Part shown: piece by piece, positions 21,345-46,666 of the stretch
How positions within the stretch are numbered: the stretch's first letter is position 1
Layout of the letters: every line of letters starts with the position of its first letter
NCBI GenBank assembly: GCA_964035545.1
Contig: OZ037767.1
Location: forward strand, 8,876,581 to 8,940,580
DNA from: Bugula neritina
Taxonomy: Eukaryota > Animalia > Bryozoa
DNA: 64,000 nt
Direction of reading: 5' to 3'
Notes under the pieces: generated by a model
Told to the model about the DNA's origin: nothing
Databases searched by the model: none
What the model saw: only the letters and a program-made list of their open reading frames with translations
Position numbers and translations under genes: made by a program

Positions 21345-22732
21345 AATATTTATACTAGATTGACTGGGGCATATATATGCTTAGTTACAGTATATTGCAG
21401 TATATTAGAATTACTAGTACAGCAGCTAAGCCTTTATTTACAGATGAAACTATAGAAGTGCCCATATATGAATAGTCAATCAGAACCAAAATAGAAATCA
21501 ATAATTCGTGGCAGTCACAGCATCAATTTCTATGCTTATATAAATTTACTATCTTCTTTTATAATTTAATGATCAGGCAAATTTGTAACAAAATATCTCC
21601 ATAAATAAAAAAAATATTTTTGAAAAAATCAACCGTCTAAAACTCTTTTGAGTATAACACAACAAATTGAACTGGGGTGTAGACAGAAAGTAGCTGCAGC
21701 AGCTGAGTTTGGGATAGTTATCTTTGCCACTACATACTCAAAATGCACCTTCAAACTATATATATTAGCTAGATGAAAAGCCAACAAGCCATCTACAAAA
21801 TTATAGTTAAATTCTGAGCTATTGTAGCAACCAAAATAATATTATCAGTGCATAATGGTTGTTGGAAAATGTTGAAATAAACTAATATCCTTGGTATAAC
21901 AAAACTAAGCATTTAGGAAAACACAACGCTTTTGCATAGTTTGTAATATACACTATAATATGTGCATGATTCATTATTATAGAAAATCTCTGAAACACAT
22001 AATTTATAAAATAACATACACCTTAGCTATCAGCATAGTCTATATACAGACTGCTTGGGACAAGATTGCGTCCTTCAACATTTTTGCTATGTATTAAATT
22101 TTGTGCACACAAATTCTGAAGTAATTTAAATTTTCTGATTAATTGATTTCACGTGACCTCTGGTTTTTACAACAGTACTATAAAACTATGAGTACTTCTT
22201 AAGCTGAGTTATATTGCCTGCTAACTTTAGCTGCTGCAATACACAGCCTAATCAGTGAGATTAAGTCTCAATGCATCTAAAGTGATCAGAAATCCTAAAA
22301 TAATTCAGAGCATGTTAGCAAAAAGCTTAATGAGAGCTATATGAAATAAAATTGTTTAGCAGACAACTTGTAAGTTGACTGCAAATGATAGCTAAGATGC
22401 ATGTGAATATATTATAATACTACATACATAAAGTTTTTCAGGGATTAAATAGATGGTGTTGAATAAATAAATGGTCATGTATATAGATCTAGGTAAGGCA
22501 TGTAAGCAAATGATTATGTAAATTATAAATAGATGATGTATATAGATAGAAGGTGATGTAGATAATAGGTTGTGTGTAATAAATTATAGATGTTTATGAA
22601 CAACTATTCATCAAGTTATACAATTCTTCATTCCTATTCTTAGGAGCTTGCCTTACAAGTCAAAGCACAAAAATTGAATATAAGAAATCAAGTAGCAGTA
22701 TATTTGCACATATAGGCTCAAAAGAGAAAATC

Positions 22733-22815
<83 letters not shown>

Positions 22816-22969
22816 TTCTATAATTAAAAATGAATCAAAAAAACTCAATATTTCGAAAAATAGAGTATTTATATTTGGTACTAATACAATTTTGGATATG
22901 AAAGTAAACTTAGATCGTCGATAAAATGAAGATCTAAGTTTACTTTTATATCCAAAATTGTATTAGTAC

Positions 22970-23059
<90 letters not shown>

Positions 23060-23065
<6 letters not shown>

Positions 23066-23260
23066 GATATATATAACATATATATACATATAATTATGTA
23101 TATATATAACATATATATACATATAATTATGTATATATATAACATATATATATACATATAATTATGTATATATATAACATATATATACATATAATGATGT
23201 ATATATATAACATATATATACATATAATGATATATAACATATATACACATATAATATACA
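23060..23260. repeat. AT-rich minisatellite (~31 bp)
   Basis: Repeats of TATATAACATATATATACATATAATTATGTA adjoining a (TA)n tract. Confidence 0.85.
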
Positions 23261-23471
23261 CATGTATTATGTATTATGTATATATCTAACATATACACAT
23301 CACATACATATATATATAATAATATACATATTATATTATATTATGTGTACCTGGGCGGTTTTCTAGTGTTTTTCAAAGAGTTTTCTTCTCTCTTTTAGGG
23401 TCACGTTTCTGCCTGGTTGAAGCCGGCTATTCAATATGATTGTACGCTATTACTATCACGTATCATTATAA

Positions 23472-23610
23472 AATTGTTGTTTAAGCAGCATCAAATTGGG
23501 GGTGAAGTTAGAGCTCTTAAGTTGAAAGTTGGGTTCCTATGTTTATATCTGAGAATCCTAAATTAAAATCGTCATTTACCCCCAACTTGGAGCTGCTTAT
23601 AAAACAATTC
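23472..23610. mobile_element. Small MITE-like inverted repeat
   Basis: TAAGCAGCATCAAATTGGGGGTGAA ... TTTACCCCCAACTTGGAGCTGCTTA. Confidence 0.55.
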
Positions 23611-24136
23611 ATCGGGTATGCTAAAATAATATTTAATATTACTTAGACAGTAACTTAGAGTTAGATAAGTTTAAGTTATAATTAATAATTATCTATTAAT
23701 AGATATTCACTTATCAATATTTATATTGGTATACAATAGCAGAATGACTATAAAAATAATATTAGTTTTACTCTAGATATGCGTTTCTAACTAATAACTA
23801 TAAGCTAAATTAAATAAAAAAACTCAAAGCGTTAATTTTAAAGTAAAAGTTAAACCAAACGCATTACCATCTGTCACCATGAGTTCATCATCATCATGTC
23901 ATCATGATCATTAATTTCACATTGACATTCATTCATTCGAAATCAATCACAATCACAATGAGTATAAAAATTACTATCAGTGTCACAATCACAATGGTTC
24001 ATCAAGTTCAACTGGAAGGGACCATCATGATCATCATCATGCATAATGCCTAAGGCTAATGGTGAAGTGATCACGATAATGAATGATCAATAACTATATG
24101 AATAACCATAATGAAAATCATAATGATAATTTATTT

Positions 24137-24860
24137 AGGTGTTACACCGCAATCACTATCAGTTTGCGGGTTCAACATACTCATATCAAATAAAATACTA
24201 AGTGCTAGAGGACAAATAGGTGTGATTAACCGAGCGCTCTACTTGCCCCTTCCCCACGAACGAGCTCGATTGATTACATACAAAGCTTTGTGTGTACCAC
24301 ACCTTGAGTATGCTAGCGCAGCTTGTGACCCAACCTGCAAGAAAGATATTTCTGGCTTAGAAAAGATACAAATGGATGCAGTGTGATTCATAGCCAATAT
24401 TAAAGGCCGCAAAGATTTCGAAAGTTCTATGAAAAAACTCTGCCTGCATCCCTTGAACAAAAAAAGAGAACCAGACATATTAATCTTCTTATGAAGATTC
24501 TGGCCAAAGAAAAACAACATCTGACTCTCAGCTCTGCCTATGATGATCTGCTGAACAAACCAATAATCAGCATTATACACTCTCCCATGCGATGGGAAAG
24601 TTCGGATCAGTGGGCGCTAACAGTACCAAGTACCTGAACAGTTTTCTCCCAAGGACTATCTGGGATCTGAAAATTGGTCACAATTAAAGCAATAATGCAG
24701 AGATCTCGACATAGACAGGATTAAGTTCCTGTTCAGTGAATACAGCCCAATCAGTACTAACTGTATGACTATTGACCAATGACTTTCCAACATACTACCT
24801 ATATGCAGTACACCCCTTCCTTCCTCTAGGGCGGTCCAGTATGATGATCACTTTGTGTAA
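24137..24860 (+). mobile_element. 5'-truncated, decayed non-LTR retrotransposon (CR1/L2-like ORF2 C-terminus plus 3' tail)
   Basis: YKALCVPHLEYASAACDP...LEKIQ and NSFLPRTI motifs typical of LINE RT C-termini; stops and frameshifts present. Confidence 0.8.
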
Positions 24861-26288
24861 GTTTGAGTAAGTCTGTTTTGTCCAAATTATTATTTTAATA
24901 ATTAAATTTATAGTTATATACCTACTAGGACTAAAACTAATAGTACTGCTAATAGTAATAACAAGAACTATTGAAAATGCAAATTAATATGTTAATGCAG
25001 ATCAAAGGAATTTATGACAAGATTAAATAACAAATAATTGATCTAAATTTATATAAATATACATAATATATTTCGATTATTTTCAAATAAATTGCACATA
25101 AAATATTGTACCAAAATAAAAAATAGCGTCCATGTGAGAAGCGTTCATGTGAGAAGCGTGTAACTGGGAAGAGTCTATCTAAAAGGACACTGTACTTCTG
25201 ATCGCTCTTACTGATACTCTAAGTTTAATATTGATTTTTATTTAAAAGTCAAAAACAAAAAGCCAGAAAGAAAACTAAATTGGTAATTGTAAATGTAAAT
25301 GATGTAATAAAGCCACCAGCGGGCTGGTATCCTTGTTTCCAAGTCAGTTAGACATTCGTTTTAAATACAAACAGCATTCACACTTGGTTTACGGTACTCA
25401 TCGAGTTTTGCTTTTATCTTTTCATAGTTATGTCTAAGTCAAAGGTTCATGTAAAGGAGTTGTAGATCAGGTTTATCCTTCTTTATGTCTAGATCATAGC
25501 AAAAGGGCTGTCTTTACTTTGCTTTCACCATTGTCTTGATGCTGCAACGAAGAAAAATTCAAAATCCCTCTTTCTTATACATTACGTCCCCATGCTTCAC
25601 ATTATGCAAATGGATTTTCTATTCGATACATAGGGACAGTATCAATCAAATAAAACTACAATCATTAGTTATTGCTACCATCAATTCATATGTATGAGCA
25701 TCCCGTACGAATCCATTCGAAGCATGAGAACATAGTGATAGACTTTCCATTCTATTCATCTGGTAATGGTTTAGGTGCTAGAAGTTGTTCTATTGTATGA
25801 TGTTTATTGTACAACTAAACCTAAACTCAGGGCACCATGTTTATGTGTTAATCTATGTATGTAAATTGAGCTTTATAAATAGACATGGTTGTAGCTCGTT
25901 AGCTCGTTAGCATGAAGAAAATTCACATGCATGCTTTTATGTCAACAACCACATACTTCGAAATTGTAAAAGGATAAGCATATAATAATCAGTTAGAAAG
26001 AGTTTATTAATTAAATCACAAGTGTGCAAGCAATATTGATAATTTATCAGAATGTGCATAACTACATATGTGGATGTATGTGTGTTCGTGCTCGGGCATG
26101 CATTATTTAAGATTATTTTTCGTTTTTTTTATGCAGAGAATGAGCCAATGATTATTTTGCCCATGGAATCATAGCTCAATATTGGTTTAGTTGGCTGCTG
26201 TTGAATAGTATGGAGCAATGTAGGATACCGAGATTAAAGTCTGAGAAGCTTTTGCTTCAACATATTTTTTACATTTGAAGTTGTAGAA

Positions 26289-38502
<12,214 letters not shown>

Positions 38503-39353
38503 AGAGTGCAATTGGAATGAGACATATTTTTAATTTCTGTGGCATTGCTAGATATTATGACTATTTATTTTTATGATGACTAGTTGCTAGTTTTATATAT
38601 AATGTGCCATAGTGATATAACCTAGTTAGACATACACAATTTGCAATCTCTTGGAATAAATGTTAGTAGAATGCTATACTAATCTGCATGGTGCTATGAG
38701 GGTATGACATTAGTATCACCTACACTTCGAACATGTCTGTCAGTCATTCAATTTTAGAAATCACTATTATATTTGGATGTTAGTCCTACGTTATGTAGCA
38801 AGATACTTGCATGGCTGTTCATAAATGTTTATGCTTTAGGTGTTAATTGTATTTATTTTTAATTTTGGTAATTTGTAATTTTGAATTGATTCAACCATTC
38901 TTCATCATTTGTAGCACTTGCTTTATTTTAAATGCTTTAACATTTTTAATGCGGTGTTTTTTCTTCTTTTTGGTTGAATAAAGTATTCAGGAGAATAGTT
39001 GTAGATTAGCATGTTTAGTTGATAAGTTGTTTATGAGAACTGCTAAATATTGAGGTACTATAGCCTAGTTCTTCATTCCACCATCATGTGTTATTTTCTC
39101 TTCTTCCCACGTTTGTGGTAGCTTAGCATACGATCTAAAGAGCATATTATATTTCTTGTAGGACAGTTTGTGTCCATGCATGTAATTATATATATACAAG
39201 TATATAGAAACTTGCTACAGGTTAATAATGTCTTACTTTATTTAAAAGATTCGTGATGACTTTTACTATGCCTTTGTTCATACCACAATTGAACAAAATA
39301 TAAAGTGATTCATTATTTAGTTTGACTGCTAGTCAAGATATATTAATGGATTA

Positions 39354-39458
<105 letters not shown>

Positions 39459-41555
39459 GGTAGGATTGGTCATACTATATGCACATTCATCCTTATAAAA
39501 ATGCAATTGCAATATCCTCTAGTGGAGATACCAATTGAAATCTCTTCTAGGGAGATTGGCAATTCTCCTAGCAAATATGCCAAATCAGCCTAGGAGAGAT
39601 GCTAATTGCGATCTCTCCTAGTGGGATTGGCAATTCTCCTAGCAAATATGCCAAATCAGCCTAGGAGAGATGCTAATTGCAATATCTCCCTAGTATAGAT
39701 GCCAACCAATCAGAGACAACTTCAAACTTTCACATGAAATAATTATGAACATCATATAATTAAAACCTGGCAGGAGCACAGAGATTGAACATATAGGTTA
39801 TACAACTGCAAATGTTCATACTTGATAGAACATAGCAATCAATATGGTTATAGCTTTGATAATCACTGTAACTGGGATTTTTTGTTTGGAAAATTGCTTA
39901 TTTACCAGCAGAGATAGCAATTGGCTTTTTCTAAAGGGAATTGTTAATTAGAGGTTTTCCTAGTAGGATTGGCCATGCTAGTAGTCACTATATGCACATT
40001 CATCCTTATAAATATCTAATTGGAATCTCCTCTAGTGGAGATACTAATCGCAATCTCTCCTAGTGGGATTGGCAATTCTCCTAGCAAATATGCCAAATCA
40101 GCCTAGGAGAGATGCTAATTGCAATCTCTCCTAGTGGAATTGGCAATCCCCCTAGCAAATATGCCAAATCAGCCTAGGAGAGATGCTAATTGCAATCTCT
40201 CCTAGTATAGATGCCAACCAGTCAGGGACAAATTCAAACTTTCACATGAAATAATTATGAACATCATATAATTAAAACCTGGCAGGAGTACAGAGTTTGA
40301 ACATATAGGTTATACAACTGCAAATGTTCATACTTGATAGAGCATAGCAATCAATATGGTTATAGCTTAAATAATCACTGTAACTGGGATTTTTTGTTTG
40401 GAGAAGTGCTTATTTTACCAGCAGAGATAGCAATTGGCTTTTTCTAAAGGGAATTGTTAATTAGAGGTTTTCCTAGTAGGATTGGTCATACTATATGCAC
40501 ATTCATCCTTATAAAAATGCAAGTGCAATATCCTCTAGTGGAGACACCAATTAAAATCTCTCCTAGGGAGATTGGCAATTCTCCTAGCAAATATGCCAAA
40601 TCAGCCTAGGAGAGATGCTAATTGCGATCTCTCCTAGTGGGATTGGCAATTCTCCTAGCAAATATGCCAAATCAGCCTAGGAGAGATGCTAATTGCAATA
40701 TCTCCCTAGTATAGATGCCAACCAATCAGAGACAACTTCAAACTTTCACATGAAATAATTATGAACATCATATAATTAAAACCTGGCAGGAGCACAGAGA
40801 TTGAACATATAGGTTATACAACTGCAAATGTTCATACTTGATAGAACATAGCAATCAATATGGTTATAGCTTTGATAATCACTGTAACTGGGATTTTTTG
40901 TTTGGAAAATTGCTTATTTACCAGCAGAGATAGCAATTGGCTTTTTCTAAAGGGAATTGTTAATTAGAGGTTTTCCTAGTAGGATTGGCCATGCTAGTAG
41001 TCACTATATGCACATTCATCCTTATAAATATCTAATTGGAATCTCCTCTAGTGGAGATACCAATCGCAATCTCTCCTAGTGGGATTGGCAATTCTCCTAG
41101 CAAATATGCCAAATCAGCCTAGGAGAGATGCTAATTGCAATCTCTCCTAGGAGGATTGGCAATTCTCCTAGCAAATATGCCAAATCAGCCTAGGAGAGAT
41201 GCTAATTGCAATCTCTCCTAGTGGGATTAGCAATTCTCCTAGCAAATATGCCAAATCAGCCTAGGAGAGATGCTAATTGCAATCTCTCCTAGTGGGATTG
41301 GCAATCCTCCTAGCAAATAAGCAAAATCAGCTTAGAAGAGATGCTAATTGCAATCTACCCTAGTGGGATTGGCAATTCTTCTAGCAAATATGCCAAATTT
41401 GCCTAGGAGAGATGCTAATTTGAATGTTTCCTAGTGAAGATGTCAATTGCAATCTCTCCTAGAATAGCTATCAACTAGTTAGAAACAACTTCAAACTTTC
41501 ACATGAAATAATTGCGAACATCATATAATGAAAACCTGGCAGGAGCACAGAACTT
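39459..41555. repeat. Hierarchical satellite: 71-bp subrepeats within 513/503-bp monomers forming a 1016-bp dimer
   Basis: Anchor GCACATTCATCCTTATAAA at 39481, 39994, 40497 and 41010; 71-bp period seen at 41101 and 41172. Confidence 0.9.
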
Positions 41556-41890
41556 AGTCTAGAGTTTTGTGACATGAAGTCAGCAGTTTGACAAGAGAGT
41601 CTGATAATGTATTCAACATTTCTGCCAGCAACAATGTAGATTGAGTCACTCCTAAACTACCAGGTGATTGTAACACACAGCAACAGCTCTGCTACAGAAA
41701 ATCTATATTGCAAGCTTATAAAATCTAAAACTCATGAGCAGATTTAGCGACATGAGTTTCGGCTAGGTCTGTATAACTACACCTATGTGGTATAATTTTC
41801 TTTCATCACAAGTCCGACTTAAACTAAAATCATCATTTTAGCCTAAGATTTCTTTAAATAAAAGGGGCTGATTGAAGGTAAAAAACTCAC

Positions 41891-42380
41891 GTCCCGCTGT
41901 TGTACTTAGCGAATACTTTCCCCCAGGATAACCCATCTGTAGCCAGTCTATTGGCCACCTGACTTTTGATCCCCTCCAGGACTGTACCCATGGGCTGGAT
42001 GTACTTGATAAGATCAGGGTTGGAGTTGCCTATCGTAGTCTCCATGCTAGTCTAAAAACCAACTGAAAGCGTTGGAATAGTATGGGGAGGGGGGGTAACA
42101 AATCATTAGATCTAGTTTATGATGTATGATCTCAAGCTAACGATCGACAAAGCGAAGATATACATATGTGAAATATGAAACTATACAAGCTAAATGAGAT
42201 AAAGCTGTACGACTCACACCACGTGATGTCATACTCGCACCACGTGATGTCATACTCGCAACACATGATGTTATACTCACAATGTTACTTCCCAGCAGGT
42301 AGAAATCGTCCCCAGACATCAAAGATTCGGGTACGATGAGAACAACATTTCATTTCCTGGGATTAGCGGGGAGTTAGGAG
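41891..42380 (-). pseudogene. PLBD2: Orphan two-exon fragment of a phospholipase B-like 2 gene
   Basis: Exon 42380-42281 reads PNSPLIPGNEMLFSSYP, then a 1-nt frameshift, then SLMSGDDFYLLGSNI. Exon 42051-41891 reads TSMETTIGNSNPDLIKYIQPMGTVLEGIKSQVANRLATDGLSWGKVFAKYNSGT. GT-AG borders are intact. Recognised from the PLBD motifs FSSYPG, DDFY, ETT, ANRLA and NSGT. Confidence 0.88.
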
Positions 42381-42559
42381 CTACAGTATACATGGCATAT
42401 TATATTGTGTATTATATTGTGTATAATATACTGTGCAATATATACTGTTTACTATATCGCATAGTATTATGCGTATAATATATTGTGCAATATATTGTAT
42501 AGCATATTATGCAATATGTTACAAAAATGTTATAACAAGAATTAAACTGCATGCCATAT

Positions 42560-45500
42560 TAGTCTGGCAGAACTGGGGGTTAGGTTCGCAATCTCGGATA
42601 AAGTTTTTTTCTCTCTTGATTATTTATCTTGAGGGTCCAGGTAAATGTTTCCAGGTGGGTGTGGACCCACCACCCTTGAGCATTTCGAGAAATCCAAGAT
42701 GGCCGCCAATTATGGAAAAATCGTCATCTAATAGGCATAAAGTCTATATTATGTTGCAAAAACAAAAGTATTTTGATGATTCAAATAGATGTGCATTTTT
42801 GGAATGAATATGTGCCATGCCAGTGCAAAATTAATCAAAGTTAAGAGCCAAGAGACATGTTGTTCAGCTCAAAAATTGGAATTGCTTCAATAAAACATCA
42901 CATATAGTGCAAAGAAATGATACAAGGTTTTTAAGTAATTGTTTGGACAGATATATTGCTTATTAACAGTGAATAGAAAGTGAAAAAGAGATACAGAGGC
43001 ATATTGCTCAGCTAAAGTTAAAATGGAACATATATATATATAACCATACAGATGTGACAAACTTTAGCTCATGTTCATATTAAACACCTTTCTCATTTTT
43101 TTCTATCATTAGAATTTGTTAGAAATGTTAGTTCATAGCAGCACACTCCTGTTACTGCTTCACAAGGGCAGAACTCTGTGCATGGGATAGATGTACTAAA
43201 ATAGCCATATCTCCTTGTTTTGCATGATTGTTGGCTTCCACAGGAGCATTTAATGAATTTGGGCCATTTTACTTTATTTAGCATGCATCAGCAGATTATG
43301 ATCAAAAATTTTAAAGTTTGCTCAAAATTCATGAAAACTTACTATATAGAGTAATAGAATTTGCTAATTATAACTATGCATAGCAAAAAAACTGGGAAGA
43401 GGTCTTGCAACATTTAAGCGCGGCGTCATGTCATACGAGCTAAATATATATTTGTGAACCATCACGGTCTATATAATATCTCAATGTACTAATAAATTAG
43501 GAAAAAAACATAGAAAATCATGCATAATTGGAAAAGCCTTAATTACTCAGTTTATTTGTTAAAATTTTAATAGTTTGAGGCAAAAATCTATATACAATAG
43601 CAGCTAAATTGTAAAAAATCGCCAAAAACTAGAATCATTGAGTGTACACCAAATTAAGTAAAATGATCTACTTCATAATACTGTCTGGTGTAAGCACAAC
43701 ATCATTTCCGACTCTTTTTGGGAAAAGAGATTCTATTAGATCCCTAATTTTCACCTACCAATGTTCTAGTAGGTTTAATGCCGCAGTTTCATATGGCTTC
43801 TGGAAGTGTGCTCTGGTGACATTGTCCAATAGCTTTATCTGTAGGAGGCAAAGTACATAAGTTAAAGGCACATCGCAAATAGCATTGCTGACCTTGGTTT
43901 TCTAAGCTTTTTGTCTTGTAGATGTCATGGAAGAGCACTTTGCATAAGGGTAGCAACATAGCATAAACCTGGTAGCTTGTATGAATAGTCATCCTGAAAA
44001 GAAGCCCTAGTGTCACCAAATTACACTTTCTTCTACCAAGACATTTAGTATGACTCCCTTTCCAATATTTCAAATTGTCCATTATAGGGATTTGTCTCAA
44101 ACTTTCTCACCTAGTGTGCTGTGGTCTAGGATGGGTGGCGATTTTGCAGGGCACCAAGTGCTATCAGAGAGTGTCATCTGATTCTGTCGTCAAAATCTTT
44201 ATCTGAAAGGCCACATTTCAGTATTTCATCCTTCATTAGATCCATTAACCTTTTCTTTAGCCTCCCTCTCTTTCTCTGTATCTTCATCTCAGCCACCATT
44301 ATAATATCTTTTTCCTATCCCTTCTGCGCACATGTCCATACCATTGAAGAGGTTTCCTCCTCATGCCTATTGCGATGGTTTTTATTTTGGCCTCCTCTCT
44401 TATATTATCACATGTTACATGGTCTTCCCACTCTAAATTGTAAATGTGTCGAAGCATCCTCATCTCAGTTGCACTTATCTTGTCTTCTTGTCTTTGAGTC
44501 AGTGGCCATGTCTGATATCCATACATCAGTGTAGTTTTTATTGCCATCTTGGATAACAGAACCTCCAGCTTGGTGGAAGTTTTCTTATCTTCTTGTCGCG
44601 GACTGTTCTGAAAACTCAATTTTCACGGATTTTTTTAAAATTGACTTGATCTTAGTTTTTCTTATTTTCCCTGTTTCCTTGAATGTAAAAGGTGGCAATG
44701 CTGCAAGTTTATGAGCCATTAAAGAGTCCGCATCCAAATTCTTGGTCTGCTTGAGTAAAATGGTTCGGGCATATATGACTTCAGTATCATACACAGTGGT
44801 ATTAAAAACCTTAATATGCCTTTGAGATGATACCATTGTCTTCACTTAAGATATACAAGGATTTATTTAACCCCTTCGACTAATTCACTTTAAATTCTTG
44901 TATAGATGCTTTACCTATAACAAAAATATTGTCAATAATAATTGCTGAATAACTGATGACTTTCTCAGCTGTTTCAATATTGACAAGAGCAGCTGGGTGG
45001 CATTCTTCTTTGAGTAGGACATTGCAGAGTTCAATCTTCCTTTTGACAAACCTTCTGTTCCTTGAATCAGATTAGATTCTTGATTGCATCTCTTCCTTAT
45101 GAGTAGTGGAAGCATTTATTTCAGACTCATCTCTGATGTCACTGAGGCCTTACTGTATCTTGTTGCATGCAGAATTGCTATACACCCACACCTTGACAAT
45201 TTCAGTTTTATTGGTGATGCCAATGGTTCCCCCTTGCTGTGGCCAAATCTCACGAAGGTCACCTCAATGGTCATGTTTGACCAGATGCCGTTGAGCTGGC
45301 CGAGTTTATGATGCATTGTGTGGTTACCAGCCACGAATTCAATCCTTACATCTTGTGGCATGATCTACATGCTATACAGATATAAATACGTTTCCTCTTC
45401 CATTGCTAGATGTAAGGCCCAGTCTCCTTCTCTATCAGCTATGATGTGGGTGTTGATAGTAAAAATTGGTCTAATAAAGCACATGACCCACAGTTTTGCT

Positions 45501-46666
45501 GTTTTTGAGCTCTCTGAAATTTTAGTCAACATCTTTTCAAAGTTCTCCATGCTAGTGATTACACTTTCATCAAAGACTGGCTTCAACAGTTCTCCCACCA
45601 ATATTCTCAGGCCCAGTACATTCTGGGAAAACTTTTTTTATTTAGCATTTTGGGGAAACTGCCAAAAGTAGAATTAAATACTTTTACCAAATCCGTTTCA
45701 ACCATTAGTGTTCACTGTGTTCACTGAACATAGGTCATTAAAGTGGAGAAATTAGTTGTAAACTTTTATGAAAGGAGGTTGGTATGAAAAAGGTAGGGAA
45801 CCACTGTTCTAATGGACGTATTACTTCCCCCAGCATAAAATAGATTCTTATTCATAAAAAAACTGTTTACAAATGTTTTTAGAAAAAAAGTCATATGTGC
45901 TGATTGTAGAAGGAGTTTTTAAAAGCAAAAATGTCAATATTTAGATAAATGATGTGTCAATAATAAAGCAATTAAATTATGTTAAGAAGTCATGGTGTTG
46001 TGTTATTAAGGTTGTTGGCTCCTTTTTCTAACTTTAAAAAACATGGCTAAAGTTTTAAAACTGAAAATAACTTTTAAATTGGCAGCTCAACAAACTTTTT
46101 TGATAGGCATGCTAGTTTGAAATAAATTGCTATATTTAGCACACATGACAATGGCGTTGCATTTCAATTTTGCAGAACCCTTTTCAGCTTTATTTGTTGG
46201 ACATATTTGTAATCAGCATATAAAATCACCCCATACAGTAAATTTTCATGAATTTAGAACAAACTGATGCAGAGATGCAAGGAAATTATAAACACGGCAA
46301 GGCTAGGTTAATCTTAAAAAAAATGAATGATTAAGGCTTAGCTTAGTTACCCTTGCATGGGAATCATTTGCCTATTACTCAATAATACACATGATAAAGG
46401 CACATACACCTTTATTATATTAATTTCTAAAGATTTCAAAGCATTGGAACCTTAAATTTAGCCTCGGTGGGTAGATACATTTGAATTATAAAGAATCGTC
46501 TAGTGCCTAGCGGCCATCTTGAATTTCTCAAAACGCTCAAGGGTAAGAAGTCCACACCCACCTGGAAACATTTACCTAGACCCTATATTTGAATAATCAG
46601 AAGAGAAAAAAACTTTATCCGGGAGTGCGAACCTAAGTCAAAAATTGGTGTTTTTCTGCCAGACTA
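42560..46666 (-). mobile_element. Decayed Academ-like DNA transposon (~4.1 kb)
   Basis: ~150-bp TIRs (42560-42707 and 46510-46666) with TAG...CTA ends and a TAT 3-bp TSD. Minus-strand transposase remnants: ADREGDWALHL, GIWSNMTIEVTFVRFGH, LPPTDKA, and a Cys-rich C-terminus KCSCGSQQSCKTRR...PCTEFCPC. Confidence 0.8.
44100..44590 (-). mobile_element. RTE-clade LINE 3' fragment inserted in the DNA transposon
   Basis: LMYGYQTW...EMRMLR...LQWYGHVRR, followed by an RKRGR...MD motif, typical of RTE ORF C-termini. Confidence 0.8.

Noticed and set aside
23878-24130. His-rich peptide gene in CAT/CAAT-rich sequence
   Set aside because: Low-complexity DNA with early stops and no splice structure.
25590-25745. 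Conserved regulatory element shared with ~31130-31285
   Set aside because: More simply explained as two diverged copies of a dispersed repeat.
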